Positions 15,012-23,956 are shown, counted from the stretch's first letter. The stretch is 32,000 bases of DNA from an uncultured Candidatus Saccharibacteria bacterium (GCA_964501355.1 CAZCSM010000011.1:1-32000); one strand, 5' to 3'. Notes: a model not told the origin generated them from the letters alone. Program-made: numbers and translations.

Positions 15012-15407
15012 GTGAACAGTCGAACGTTCTACATAATTGGAACAATCCTTCTGATTGCAATCATAGCAGTTGCAGGTTATACCATCGCACAAAGAAACAC
15101 TCAGACAAAGACACAAGCAGAATCCCCTACTACGCCAATTGATTTGCGAATAACTGAAATATCGCAAACATCTTTCACGGTTGAATGGGAAACAGAAGCC
15201 GACTTCGCAGGATATATTTTGTACGGGATTAATCCGGAAGAATTGAATGCTGTCGGAATTGACCAAAAAGGCACATACAAATTCAAAGAACACACAATTG
15301 CAGTTGAGAACCTTCAGGCAGGAACAGCTTATTACTATGTCGTAGTTTCAGAAGGAGACACATATCTCACGGGAGGCGAGCCATTTGAAATTAATACATT
15401 AGAATAA
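15012..15407 (+). CDS. Membrane-anchored fibronectin type III domain protein
   Basis: N-terminal TM (FYIIGTILLIAIIAVAGYTI). FN3-like pattern: IDLRITEISQTSFTVEWETE..GYILYG...HTIAVENLQAGTAYYYVVVS. Confidence 0.65.
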   Translation: MNSRTFYIIGTILLIAIIAVAGYTIAQRNTQTKTQAESPTTPIDLRITEISQTSFTVEWETEADFAGYILYGINPEELNAVGIDQKGTYKFKEHTIAVENLQAGTAYYYVVVSEGDTYLTGGEPFEINTLE

Positions 15408-15509
15408 AATTTCTAATTACTCTAATTGACCTAATTTCTAAATAATAAGCGGTATTTCACAATGCTCTGGTGCTATTAATTCACCCACTTTCTATTTTCA
15501 TTTTTCGCC

Positions 15510-15533
15510 AGATTCTAAATTCCAGATTCTTTT
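15510..15533 (+). promoter_or_regulatory. Conserved 24-nt upstream box AGATTCTAWATTCCARATTCTTTT (copy 2)
   Basis: AGATTCTAAATTCCAGATTCTTTT. See 14578-14601. Confidence 0.5.
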
Positions 15534-15570
15534 TTCACATCTTTTCTTTGCCAAGTTTAGCTTATTAACT

Positions 15571-15603
15571 AGCTATTCGCTAACAGCTATCAGCTACTCG
15601 CTA
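15571..15603 (+). promoter_or_regulatory. Two 12-nt direct repeats AGCTAYTCGCTA spaced 21 nt (start to start)
   Basis: AGCTATTCGCTA (15571-15582) and AGCTACTCGCTA (15592-15603), just upstream of the TTGCAA -35 candidate. Confidence 0.4.
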
Positions 15604-15620
15604 TTTCCTGCTAAAACCTC

Positions 15621-15650
15621 TTGCAATCCGCTACCCAACAGTGATACATT
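15621..15650 (+). promoter_or_regulatory. Candidate promoter of the 1188-aa surface protein gene
   Basis: -35 TTGCAA (15621-15626), 18-nt spacer, -10 TACATT (15645-15650). Confidence 0.3.
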
Positions 15651-15694
15651 AGAATATGTAGATTGTATAAATTATATAAAAGCCCGTTCCCGAA

Positions 15695-18600
15695 ATGAAA
15701 CCAAATCGCAAAAGAATCGTCACCGCAGTAGTATTCGCAGTAACGCTAGTACTAGGAGCAAGCGCACTTGCACTTGCATGGAGACTGCAACAGGAAAAAG
15801 CAACCTATGAGGAAGCAGAAGCAGGAAGTTGCGGAGATAATGCATCTTGTCCAGCTGACTACCCAATATCGGCAGAAACAACAAGCTGCTCATGCCATGG
15901 AGATTGCGTTAAATGTGCCAGGGTGTGTTGTAAAGATAATGGTAGTGGAGGATGTGATAGATCACAAACAACAACAGTCTGGCCTGCTGGAATCCAGGAT
16001 TGTCAGGCCGATGGAAAATACTGCGAAGGCGGAAGTTGCAAGACTCATGATCAAGGATGTACCTGGCCAAACGATTGTGAAACCGTAAGTTCAGGCTCGA
16101 CAACAAGTCATTGGATTAAATGGTATTGTTTTGGATGGACTTGTAGTACAGAAGATTGCTATAACCGATGTCAATTAGGTTCGAATCTTCAAGCAACTCA
16201 AACAAATATGGCAAATGCCGGAGTAGGCAATGACACCTTAGAATACCCCGAAGTGTGTTATGATAGACAAGTTGATTATTATAACAATGATGCACCTCCT
16301 GCAAATCCAGGAAATTTTGCAGGAGCAAGATTATATTCAGCTGAATATGCAATTGGACAAGGACCCTGTACAAATGTCGTTACCCGAACACTTTCTGGTG
16401 AAGTCTATTGTCAAGACGTTGGTGGAACGAAAATGCCAATTGCAAGTGCAAACATGACTATTATAAGAAACACACTTGGAAATACAACTACGACAACAAG
16501 TGCTACGGGTGCATATAGTTCAGACCTAACAGGAGAAACAGGATTTGCTTCAAGATTAACATCACTTCCAACGGGAAATCTGCCAAACGGACAACCATAT
16601 GCATCAATGGTCGGACCAACCCTTGTCCCGAAGAGCTATTGCACCGTTAACACATCCTATGAGATGTGTAGCGCGACTGCTGCAACAAATCATACTGGAT
16701 TTGACTTCGCTTATACAAATTGTACACCAACCCCAAATCCAACAATAACTTGTACAAGTAAAAGTTCAGACAGAGACTCAAGCGGAATAAGTATTGGACA
16801 GTCCATAACGTACACCGTTAGCTATACAATAACCGAACAAAATCTTAAAACTCTGCAATTTACTGATAACCACTCTCCGGCAGGAATACTTTCTGCAACA
16901 GTTGCAGAGATTACTCCTGGCCTGGTTTGCGAAGATGTCGTAGCAGGACAGTTTAGCTGCACAATGAACGGTACAGATGCTGCCGCACAGGCCCTCAGAT
17001 CAGTCGGATCACATCAAGTGGCGTTTGTTGTTAACGTGAATCAAGCAAGAGTAATGGAGGTTGATCAGATTACAAATAACATTTATGAATTCAACGGTAC
17101 ATGGGGAGACAATAATACTGCAGTAACTGGAAACACGACTGCTTGTACAGATACCGTGAATGTAGAGATTAATCCTGAAGCCGTTTGTACAGGCAAGAGC
17201 ATAACTCCGACAGGATTGATTGACCCAGGACAAAATGTAACATTTACGATCAATTATTCAAACTCTGGAGATGTTGATGGAAACATCTTGATTACGGATG
17301 TGGTACCAAATGGTTTTGAGAACGTTGCAACCACGACATCAGGATGCACAGCATCTGGAAATACCGTGAATTGCGTCATTGGAACAATATCACAATCTTC
17401 CGGAACCGTGACAATAACAGCAAAGGCGAAGAGTAATGTCAGAGATCTTGAAACAAACAATACAGCAACGGTGAGAATAGATATCAACGGAGATGGTACA
17501 CCTGACGATACAGCACCAAATGCTACAGAAATAGCGACATGTTCTACAGAACCGACGCCATCAGTGGCAGGAGTTATGTGTGTTAGCAAAGATGCTTCTG
17601 CAGGATACGAAGAATCAGAACCGATTCAACCAGGAGACACCCTTACCTACACGGTTAACTACACTGTCGAAAGAGGACCCGCAACTGTAATTATTACAGA
17701 AGATATTCCTGAACACTTGGAAGTAATAGAAGCAACACTACCAACAGGATGTGAATTAAGAGAAACTGATACGGTACTATATTGTGAAATCGTAGAGACA
17801 GATGTTGGTGATTACACGAATTCAATCAGTTTTGATGCTACGGTAAAAACAGACATCGGAATTGATGGTGCAACAATTACAAATGAAATATTTGTATATG
17901 AAAGAGGAGAAGAGAAGCCATCAACGAATCCTGACGATTGTGATGAAACAATTTATGTAGAGCACGAAGCTCCTGCCTGTGTACTTACAACTCCAAGTGT
18001 AATGACTATCAGAGTTGCAGATCTTGCAGGTACAAGCATCAGCTTAACTACAACAGGTGACATTGGTACACATTCTGACCTCGACTTCTTATGGACAGCA
18101 ACCGGAGGAACATTATCAAGCACAACATGGCATGCATCTTCCGGAACACCAGCAAATGGACAAGTCGCGGATGTTGTAACTTGGGCACCTCCTACAGATG
18201 CAGAAGATACAGATACTTTTGATATTAAAGTATATGTCAGACCGGCAGGTAGCACAGATGAGACAGGTGTAAGCGATGATGCTTGCGAATCAACAGCCAC
18301 AATTACCGCTCTCGACCTAATCTGTAACTGGTTGGTTCCAAATGATGAATATGAATTCTTCCCATTTGACATGACATTCGCAGCTGATATCGGTGGAGAT
18401 CAAGGGGCAGCATTCACATACGATCTTAACTATGGTGATGGATCAACCCACTACACCGGAAGTGGAACAGTAGCTGCAGGAACAACAGTTGAACTACCAT
18501 ATGTTCCTCCACAAGACGAACCACATACATACGACAGCGATACACCAGTTGATTACGCTCCAGTACTTACTGTAACGAATACAGAAACAGGAGAGACAAG

Positions 18601-19261
18601 CGTATGTCCTACAGTTCTTGGTGGTCGCACACAATCTGAGTGGACAATCGTTAAAGACTCTGATGTCGATACTTGTGTTGCGGTTAACACAACAGCTACC
18701 TACTCTATCGTTGTAACAAACACAGGTGACTATACAGCAGACCTTGCACAAGTTAGAGATACAATTGATTCAAAGATTGATACTACAACTATTGCAAATA
18801 TTAGAGAGTGTGATTCAAATGGTTTGAACTGCACAACTTACAACAGAACAGATGTAGTAAGCGGCAGAACAATCACATGGCCAGGTAGAACATATACTGC
18901 AGGAGAATCTAGAAAGTATATGTACACCGTAACTGTAAATACTGCTGGTGATTATTATAATGTAGCTGAAGCAATCCCAGAAACAGGAGCAACAGTTAGA
19001 GATGACGAAGTATTCCCAACGTGTGCTGGCAAGACACCAGTAGCACCTGAGACAGGAGCACTATCAACAACAGCATACATCGCAATACTTGGAATGCTGA
19101 TTGTCGCAGGAAGTTACTATGCTTACAATACCAAAGCAGGAGCACAGATTGTTGCAAATGTTATGGGAAAGACTGGTAGATCTGTTCGAAGAAGTCTTAA
19201 TCGTAAGGAGACATTCGAAAGAGATGCTATTAGATCTGAGAAGGATAAGTTAAGAGGATAA
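15695..19261 (+). CDS. Large surface protein: Cys-rich N-terminal module, DUF11-type repeats, C-terminal APETG sorting-like signal
   Basis: Signal/TM (VTAVVFAVTLVLGASALALA). Dense cysteines over roughly aa 40-230. DUF11-like repeats (GQSITYTVSYT, GQNVTFTINYSNSGDVDGNILITDVVP, GDTLTYTVNYTVERG, TATYSIVVTNTGDY). APETG + TM (ALSTTAYIAILGMLIVAGSYYAY) + basic tail of about 44 aa. Confidence 0.85.
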   Translation: MKPNRKRIVTAVVFAVTLVLGASALALAWRLQQEKATYEEAEAGSCGDNASCPADYPISAETTSCSCHGDCVKCARVCCKDNGSGGCDRSQTTTVWPAGIQDCQADGKYCEGGSCKTHDQGCTWPNDCETVSSGSTTSHWIKWYCFGWTCSTEDCYNRCQLGSNLQATQTNMANAGVGNDTLEYPEVCYDRQVDYYNNDAPPANPGNFAGARLYSAEYAIGQGPCTNVVTRTLSGEVYCQDVGGTKMPIASANMTIIRNTLGNTTTTTSATGAYSSDLTGETGFASRLTSLPTGNLPNGQPYASMVGPTLVPKSYCTVNTSYEMCSATAATNHTGFDFAYTNCTPTPNPTITCTSKSSDRDSSGISIGQSITYTVSYTITEQNLKTLQFTDNHSPAGILSATVAEITPGLVCEDVVAGQFSCTMNGTDAAAQALRSVGSHQVAFVVNVNQARVMEVDQITNNIYEFNGTWGDNNTAVTGNTTACTDTVNVEINPEAVCTGKSITPTGLIDPGQNVTFTINYSNSGDVDGNILITDVVPNGFENVATTTSGCTASGNTVNCVIGTISQSSGTVTITAKAKSNVRDLETNNTATVRIDINGDGTPDDTAPNATEIATCSTEPTPSVAGVMCVSKDASAGYEESEPIQPGDTLTYTVNYTVERGPATVIITEDIPEHLEVIEATLPTGCELRETDTVLYCEIVETDVGDYTNSISFDATVKTDIGIDGATITNEIFVYERGEEKPSTNPDDCDETIYVEHEAPACVLTTPSVMTIRVADLAGTSISLTTTGDIGTHSDLDFLWTATGGTLSSTTWHASSGTPANGQVADVVTWAPPTDAEDTDTFDIKVYVRPAGSTDETGVSDDACESTATITALDLICNWLVPNDEYEFFPFDMTFAADIGGDQGAAFTYDLNYGDGSTHYTGSGTVAAGTTVELPYVPPQDEPHTYDSDTPVDYAPVLTVTNTETGETSVCPTVLGGRTQSEWTIVKDSDVDTCVAVNTTATYSIVVTNTGDYTADLAQVRDTIDSKIDTTTIANIRECDSNGLNCTTYNRTDVVSGRTITWPGRTYTAGESRKYMYTVTVNTAGDYYNVAEAIPETGATVRDDEVFPTCAGKTPVAPETGALSTTAYIAILGMLIVAGSYYAYNTKAGAQIVANVMGKTGRSVRRSLNRKETFERDAIRSEKDKLRG

Positions 19262-19276
19262 TAAATCCTTTAATTC

Positions 19277-19307
19277 AAAAGACCCGCCAATGGCGGGTCT
19301 TTTGTTT
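19277..19307. terminator. Bidirectional rho-independent terminator between convergent genes
   Basis: AAAAGACCCGCC-AAT-GGCGGGTCTTTT with A and T runs on both sides, then GTTT. Confidence 0.85.
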
Positions 19308-19316
19308 CTTCTCCTC

Positions 19317-19347
19317 GTGTCATCGCGGACTCCGTTCCGCGATCCCC
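19317..19347 (+). repeat. GC-rich palindromic element (GTCAT-hairpin-ATC family)
   Basis: GTGTCATCGCGGA-CTCCGT-TCCGCGATCCCC. 8-bp stem at 19322-19329/19336-19343. Confidence 0.7.
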
Positions 19348-19396
19348 ATGTCTTTTCCTACGATACTTTGAAAGACCTCTCACATCGGAGACAGCT

Positions 19397-20338
19397 CTAA
19401 ATCACACTCAACAAAAGCGTAATCGCAAAGAGCGGATCAGTAACGCTAGTTTTAATTTGGAAATCAATTTCCACAAGTTTATCGTAAAGTACCTTGAGTT
19501 TTTCAAAGCTAATCGATTGGCGACTGTTTACGATCTTGCTCACAACAAAAGGGCTGAACTTTAACTTGGATGCAATTGAAGAAGGACTTGTTCCCCTGCT
19601 CTGTTCATATTTAATTAAAATTAGCTGACGAAACTGCCAAACAATTAACCCCCAAATCTGATGAATATCATTCCCCTGACGAATTAATTTTTCTAAATTT
19701 GATATGGCTACATTTTTATTTGCCGTAGCGATAGAGTTTGTTAGTCCCCAGACTTCAACGGCAGCACTTGCCGGAACCGCATCCTCAACATCCTTTACCG
19801 TAATTTTCCAACCTTTTTTATAAAGGCTAAGTTTCTCTATCTCACTACTAATCCTCCACATTTCTTCCCCTACTCTTTCTGCAATCTTTTGAGCAACTGT
19901 AGGAGAAACTTTTTGACCAAGAGATTCAAATTCTTCAATAATCCAATTCTCCAGAGATTTACCTTTTAACTCTGCAAACTCTTCTACCTCAAATTCTTTT
20001 TTAAAAAATTTGTAGAACACAGATCTCTTATCCGCAGCCTTATTTTCCCAGAAGATGAAATCTACCTCTTTTATTCCTGTTAATTTTGAATCCTGAAAAA
20101 ATTCAACAAACCTTTTACTTTCGGAGGTTTCGGAGAAATACTTCACAACAACAAGTTTCTGAGGATTAAACATAGATATTGAATCAATCTCAGATAGCAC
20201 CCTTTCAGCAAGAGCAGAACTTCCGTCTAAATATGTAACAGACGATTCTCCGTGATCTCTCTCAAAAGCAGAAGTAATCTCAGAAAGCCGCTTTCTAGAC
20301 AAATACGCATTAGGACCGTGGATTAAAAGAAGATTCAC
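19397..20338 (-). CDS. holA: DNA polymerase III subunit delta
   Basis: 313 aa with the typical delta layout (LIHGPN..., SMFNPQKLVVV, EIEKLSLY...ITVKDVEDAV, C-terminal helical domain LVEIDFQIKT). GTG start. Confidence 0.75.
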   Translation of the reverse strand: MNLLLIHGPNAYLSRKRLSEITSAFERDHGESSVTYLDGSSALAERVLSEIDSISMFNPQKLVVVKYFSETSESKRFVEFFQDSKLTGIKEVDFIFWENKAADKRSVFYKFFKKEFEVEEFAELKGKSLENWIIEEFESLGQKVSPTVAQKIAERVGEEMWRISSEIEKLSLYKKGWKITVKDVEDAVPASAAVEVWGLTNSIATANKNVAISNLEKLIRQGNDIHQIWGLIVWQFRQLILIKYEQSRGTSPSSIASKLKFSPFVVSKIVNSRQSISFEKLKVLYDKLVEIDFQIKTSVTDPLFAITLLLSVI

Positions 20339-20372
20339 TTTCTAAAACTAATAAATATTAATCAAAAACATT

Positions 20373-20509
20373 CCCCTTTATTATCTATATTTGGTTGTTA
20401 GTCGTTGAGGTCTGGAACAACCTGTTCCGGTAGTTATTTGTATTAGGTTGCTATCTGCTGGAATTAGGTTGTTCCAGAAATTTTGGTTACTTTTGTTTCC
20501 AAAAGTAAC
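20373..20509 (+). repeat. Structured intergenic repeat, copy C
   Basis: P1 is TCTGGAACAACCT (20411-20423)/AGGTTGTTCCAGA (20466-20478). P2 is 20486-20495/20500-20509. It is in + orientation although both flanking genes are on the minus strand. Confidence 0.85.
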
Positions 20510-20526
20510 AGAGATGAATATTTCCA

Positions 20527-21129
20527 TTATACCTTCTCAAATTCCACCACAACCTTATCCTGCATAAAACGAAGCTTAGTCAACTTTCTACTCCCGAAAT
20601 TCTGGGTCTTCATTTGCTCAATCGCTTGGTAAACAGCCTGATCTAATTTATCCGAGATAAAATCTGGAAGTTTAATTGGTCCGACAGAAAGCTTCTCCGG
20701 TTTTGGATAATAAGTTCCCGCTTCAGTTTCTTCCGAAACAAACTGCGAAGAAATATCCAAACCGAAAGGTCCTGCGGAATGGAAATATCCGGTATTGAGA
20801 GCAAAATCTAAATAGAACTCATCTGCTTTAACAGGAAGCCATTTAATATTGGAATTTGTAATAAAGGAAGTTATAAACTCCTCTGCCTCAAATTCAGTAA
20901 GAATCAAGGTTGCAGTGCCGGACTCGTCTAAATTCTTCTCCAGAGTATCAATGCGTTCTTCTAAATCAATCGTAGCCTCCCCAAGCACCTGAGAGTCCGC
21001 TTCTATCTGCGGGCCCTTATACATGAAGTTATCTTTCTGACTATAAATGAAAAGCCCAATTCCTCCGATAAACAAACTTAGGATTAATAATGCTCCACCA
21101 GTTATTAACAAAAAGAATTTTCTGATCAT
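20527..21129 (-). CDS. Membrane-anchored hypothetical protein, translationally coupled to murJ
   Basis: N-terminal TM (FFLLITGGALLILSLFIGGIGLFIY). Its ATG overlaps the murJ TGA (ATGA). Confidence 0.65.
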   Translation of the reverse strand: MIRKFFLLITGGALLILSLFIGGIGLFIYSQKDNFMYKGPQIEADSQVLGEATIDLEERIDTLEKNLDESGTATLILTEFEAEEFITSFITNSNIKWLPVKADEFYLDFALNTGYFHSAGPFGLDISSQFVSEETEAGTYYPKPEKLSVGPIKLPDFISDKLDQAVYQAIEQMKTQNFGSRKLTKLRFMQDKVVVEFEKV

Positions 21130-22928
21130 GATAGGTCAGTTGGCTCCATAATTAAGTTTTTACTTAAAACCTTCTTTAAATTAGATTGCCAGTTTGAAAT
21201 CGCACCCATACCAATTACCAAAACTTTCTCCAAAATTTCAACCTCTTTACAATTAAAAATATAAGCAAAGATAACGTAAATGGATCCTCCTGCCAATGAT
21301 GTTGAAATTGTCAGCAATGCGACATTAACAGTCTTGCTTGTATTCAACACATTGTTCCAAATTGAATAAACAAAATACATCACAGCCGCTGACAAAACGC
21401 CGATGAATACCTTTTTGATAATTGGAATCAACATATTCTCTTTCTTGAATCCCCCAACCTTCTTGCCTAATAATATCAACAGAACAATGACCTCAATTGT
21501 CACACTTAAACTTGAACTAAGCGCCAATCCACCAACTGCGGGAAGCTGATTTCCATTTCTATGAATTAACCATTCGAATATTACCTGAGGTTGATGAAGA
21601 AAGTTTGTCAGTTCGAAATCCGAGAAATGGCTAAACAGATTCGTTAATCCTAAACTAGTTAATATGCTTAAGAAAATTGTTCCAATACTGATTAAAACAG
21701 GTGTTTTTGTATCTTGAAGAGAATAGAAAGCTTTCACAATTAAAGAAATTAAAGATTCAGCAATTAATCCCAGAGAGAAGAAGAGCAAAATCCAAGCTGT
21801 TGTAAGAGTATCTTCCCAACTAAATTTCCCCGACCCCATTCCGAGAACAAGACGGACAATTGGAACTCGCAGTACGAAGAAAATGAATGTTACCGGAACA
21901 GCGAGGAAGATTACTTCATTGAGAGATTTAACAAAAGTACTTTTAAAAGACTCTGTTTTTCCGGCAGCGGCTTCTTTTGATAGAACCGGAAATGCAGCAG
22001 AAGCAATTGTTAATCCGAAAACAGAAACAGGAATAACTTTCAGACTTTCTGCAAAAGAATAAGCGGAAACGGAACCGGCTATTAAACCTAATGCAATGAT
22101 TCTATCCACAAGAAGACTTACCTGGCTTGCAGCAAGACCGATTACACGTGGCAACATAAGTTTACCAATCTTCTGAACATACTTATCTGTAAAATCGAAT
22201 ATAAATTGCAATTTTATTTCTAGGAACTTCAAAAGCGGTAACTGAATCAAAAGGTGAAGAATCGAGCCTAAAATCACTCCATAGGCAAGACCCTCTACAC
22301 CGTACTTTGGCACAAAAATGAAAGCCCCAAGTAAACTCCCCAAGTTATATAAAAATGGAGCCAACTGAGGAATAACAAAACGTTGGTGAACATGGAGAAC
22401 GCCTGTCATTAAATTGCTCAACCCTAGAATTGCGGGAGAAACAAGAAGTATTCGAAGAAGAAGAATCATCTGAGAGATTTGATCCGGTGTAAATTCAGTT
22501 TCCGGATTCGCAATTGCAACCGACCACCCGATTAACTGTTTTCCAAATATGAAAGCAACGAAACTTAATGCAACAAGAGAAAAACCGAAAACAGATAAAA
22601 TTGTGCTAATTAACTTATTCGTTTTTTTCTCACCCTGTTTCTCGATAGATTCAAAAAGAACAGGAATTAACGCAGCATTCACACTTCCCATTATGAGAAG
22701 ATTTACAATCATCTCGGGAAAGGTATTTGCAGCAATGAACATGTCCAGCTCGCGACTTGCACCAAACTGGTGAGCAAAGTAGAACTGACGTAAGAATCCA
22801 ACAGCTTTTGTAACAAGCATAATAGCCATCATTAACGCAGCCGCAGAAAGAATTCCCTCCTGCTTCTTCGTTAAGAACTCCTTACCTTTTTGAAAAACAG
22901 TCTTAACCATAAAAATAAACATTGTCAA
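21126..22928 (-). CDS. murJ: Lipid II flippase MurJ (MviN family)
   Basis: Polytopic membrane protein. The N-terminal motif GFLRQFYFAHQFGASRELDMFIAANTFPEMIVNLL matches the MurJ signature. The track start is TTG at 22928; the ATG at 22922 is a likely alternative. Confidence 0.88.
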   Translation of the reverse strand: MTMFIFMVKTVFQKGKEFLTKKQEGILSAAALMMAIMLVTKAVGFLRQFYFAHQFGASRELDMFIAANTFPEMIVNLLIMGSVNAALIPVLFESIEKQGEKKTNKLISTILSVFGFSLVALSFVAFIFGKQLIGWSVAIANPETEFTPDQISQMILLLRILLVSPAILGLSNLMTGVLHVHQRFVIPQLAPFLYNLGSLLGAFIFVPKYGVEGLAYGVILGSILHLLIQLPLLKFLEIKLQFIFDFTDKYVQKIGKLMLPRVIGLAASQVSLLVDRIIALGLIAGSVSAYSFAESLKVIPVSVFGLTIASAAFPVLSKEAAAGKTESFKSTFVKSLNEVIFLAVPVTFIFFVLRVPIVRLVLGMGSGKFSWEDTLTTAWILLFFSLGLIAESLISLIVKAFYSLQDTKTPVLISIGTIFLSILTSLGLTNLFSHFSDFELTNFLHQPQVIFEWLIHRNGNQLPAVGGLALSSSLSVTIEVIVLLILLGKKVGGFKKENMLIPIIKKVFIGVLSAAVMYFVYSIWNNVLNTSKTVNVALLTISTSLAGGSIYVIFAYIFNCKEVEILEKVLVIGMGAISNWQSNLKKVLSKNLIMEPTDLS

Positions 22929-23016
22929 AAGCGAATCGTCGCGAATTCAAAACTTCTCGACTCCGCTCGAAGAATAAAATTGTTTCTAATATTACTAAAG
23001 ATATAAAAAGTTTTTT

Positions 23017-23036
23017 CCTTTTTCCTTTTTCCTTTT
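23017..23036. repeat. (CCTTTTT)x3 heptamer repeat in the divergent murJ / methyltransferase spacer
   Basis: CCTTTTT CCTTTTT CCTTTT read directly. Confidence 0.85.
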
Positions 23037-23181
23037 AGAAAGTATAGCATTTTAACCCAGTAATAAACAATCAGCAAGTGAAAAAATAGCAACTCCCGCT
23101 CGTATAACCCATTGCACGGAAAACATAAAAACGTTATCATTGGGAATCGGGTTTATGTAAATTTAACAAATCAAACACCAA

Positions 23182-23895
23182 ATGAATATAGTTAGCAACG
23201 AAATCGTCTATGATAAACTCTGGGCGGGTATAGAAATAAGAAGCCACACACAATACCCAGAATGGAAGATACTCAAAGATCACATCTCCCCTGATAAAAC
23301 CGTACTTGAAATTGGTCCCGGCATTAGACCGAAAATTCCCATCGAAGGTTCTCACTTTATGGACATAAGCTCCGAATGTATAAACAAAATTAATGAATTG
23401 GGAGGAAAAGCTGTCAAAGGTTCTGTTACAGATCTGCCCTACAACGACGCCTCTTTTGATATAATTTGCGGATTCGATGTCGTTGAACACATACAAGATG
23501 ATGTGAAGGTTCTCAACGAAATAAATAGAATACTCAGACCAAAAGGCCATTTCTTCTTCTCTGTCCCATTACATCAGCGACTTTTCGACGATTTCGATAA
23601 AGAATGCGGTCATACGAGAAGATATGAGCCGGAAGAGTTGATTAATAAATTAGAAGATGCAGGGTATGATATTACCGCAATCAGCAAGCACGGATTAAGG
23701 CCGAAGAACAAACTTGCAAATAAGATTGCAGCATACTTTCTCAAAACAATTCCTGAATTATCCGTCAAAATCTCAAATATCTTCTATAGATTTTCACTTA
23801 GGTTAACCGAACCTAACACAATGTTGATTACAAATAACTACGTTAATGAAATGAATAAAATGGATAATGTGCTAATAGTTGCAAGGAAGAGATAG
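23182..23895 (+). CDS. Class I SAM-dependent methyltransferase
   Basis: Motif I VLEIGPGIRP. Also DLPYNDASFDIICGFDVVEHIQDD and LNEINRILRPKGHFFFSVP, typical of the Methyltransf_11/23 type. Confidence 0.8.
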   Translation: MNIVSNEIVYDKLWAGIEIRSHTQYPEWKILKDHISPDKTVLEIGPGIRPKIPIEGSHFMDISSECINKINELGGKAVKGSVTDLPYNDASFDIICGFDVVEHIQDDVKVLNEINRILRPKGHFFFSVPLHQRLFDDFDKECGHTRRYEPEELINKLEDAGYDITAISKHGLRPKNKLANKIAAYFLKTIPELSVKISNIFYRFSLRLTEPNTMLITNNYVNEMNKMDNVLIVARKR

Positions 23896-23904
23896 TGTAG
23901 AGTT

Positions 23905-23933
23905 TTGCTTTTCTAAATTAAATTTGTTAAAAT
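23905..23933 (+). promoter_or_regulatory. Candidate promoter of the valS T-box leader
   Basis: -35 TTGCTT (23905-23910), 17-nt spacer, -10 TAAAAT (23928-23933). Confidence 0.45.
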
Positions 23934-23956
23934 CCTACTAATTGAATATTAGAAAA

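Noticed and set aside
2721-20509. Whether the four ~135-nt repeats could be a CRISPR array or integron attC sites.
   Set aside because: Copies are 0.5-10 kb apart and separated by housekeeping genes, with no regular spacer periodicity. There are no cas or integrase genes in the window. The ends do not fit the attC RYYYAAC/GTTRRRY cores.
21126-21129. Possibility of an alternative genetic code (UGA read as sense, as in some CPR lineages).
   Set aside because: murJ terminates at a TGA that overlaps the ATG of the next gene (ATGA coupling). All recognisable proteins have normal lengths under the standard code, with no in-frame TGA needed for continuity.
22925-23140. 71-aa minus-strand ORF abutting the murJ start.
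   Set aside because: It translates the (CCTTTTT)3 repeat as KGKRKKEK and a degenerate GC hairpin, and has no recognisable motifs. It would leave almost no room for the divergent promoters. A real small upstream ORF cannot be excluded without expression or conservation data.
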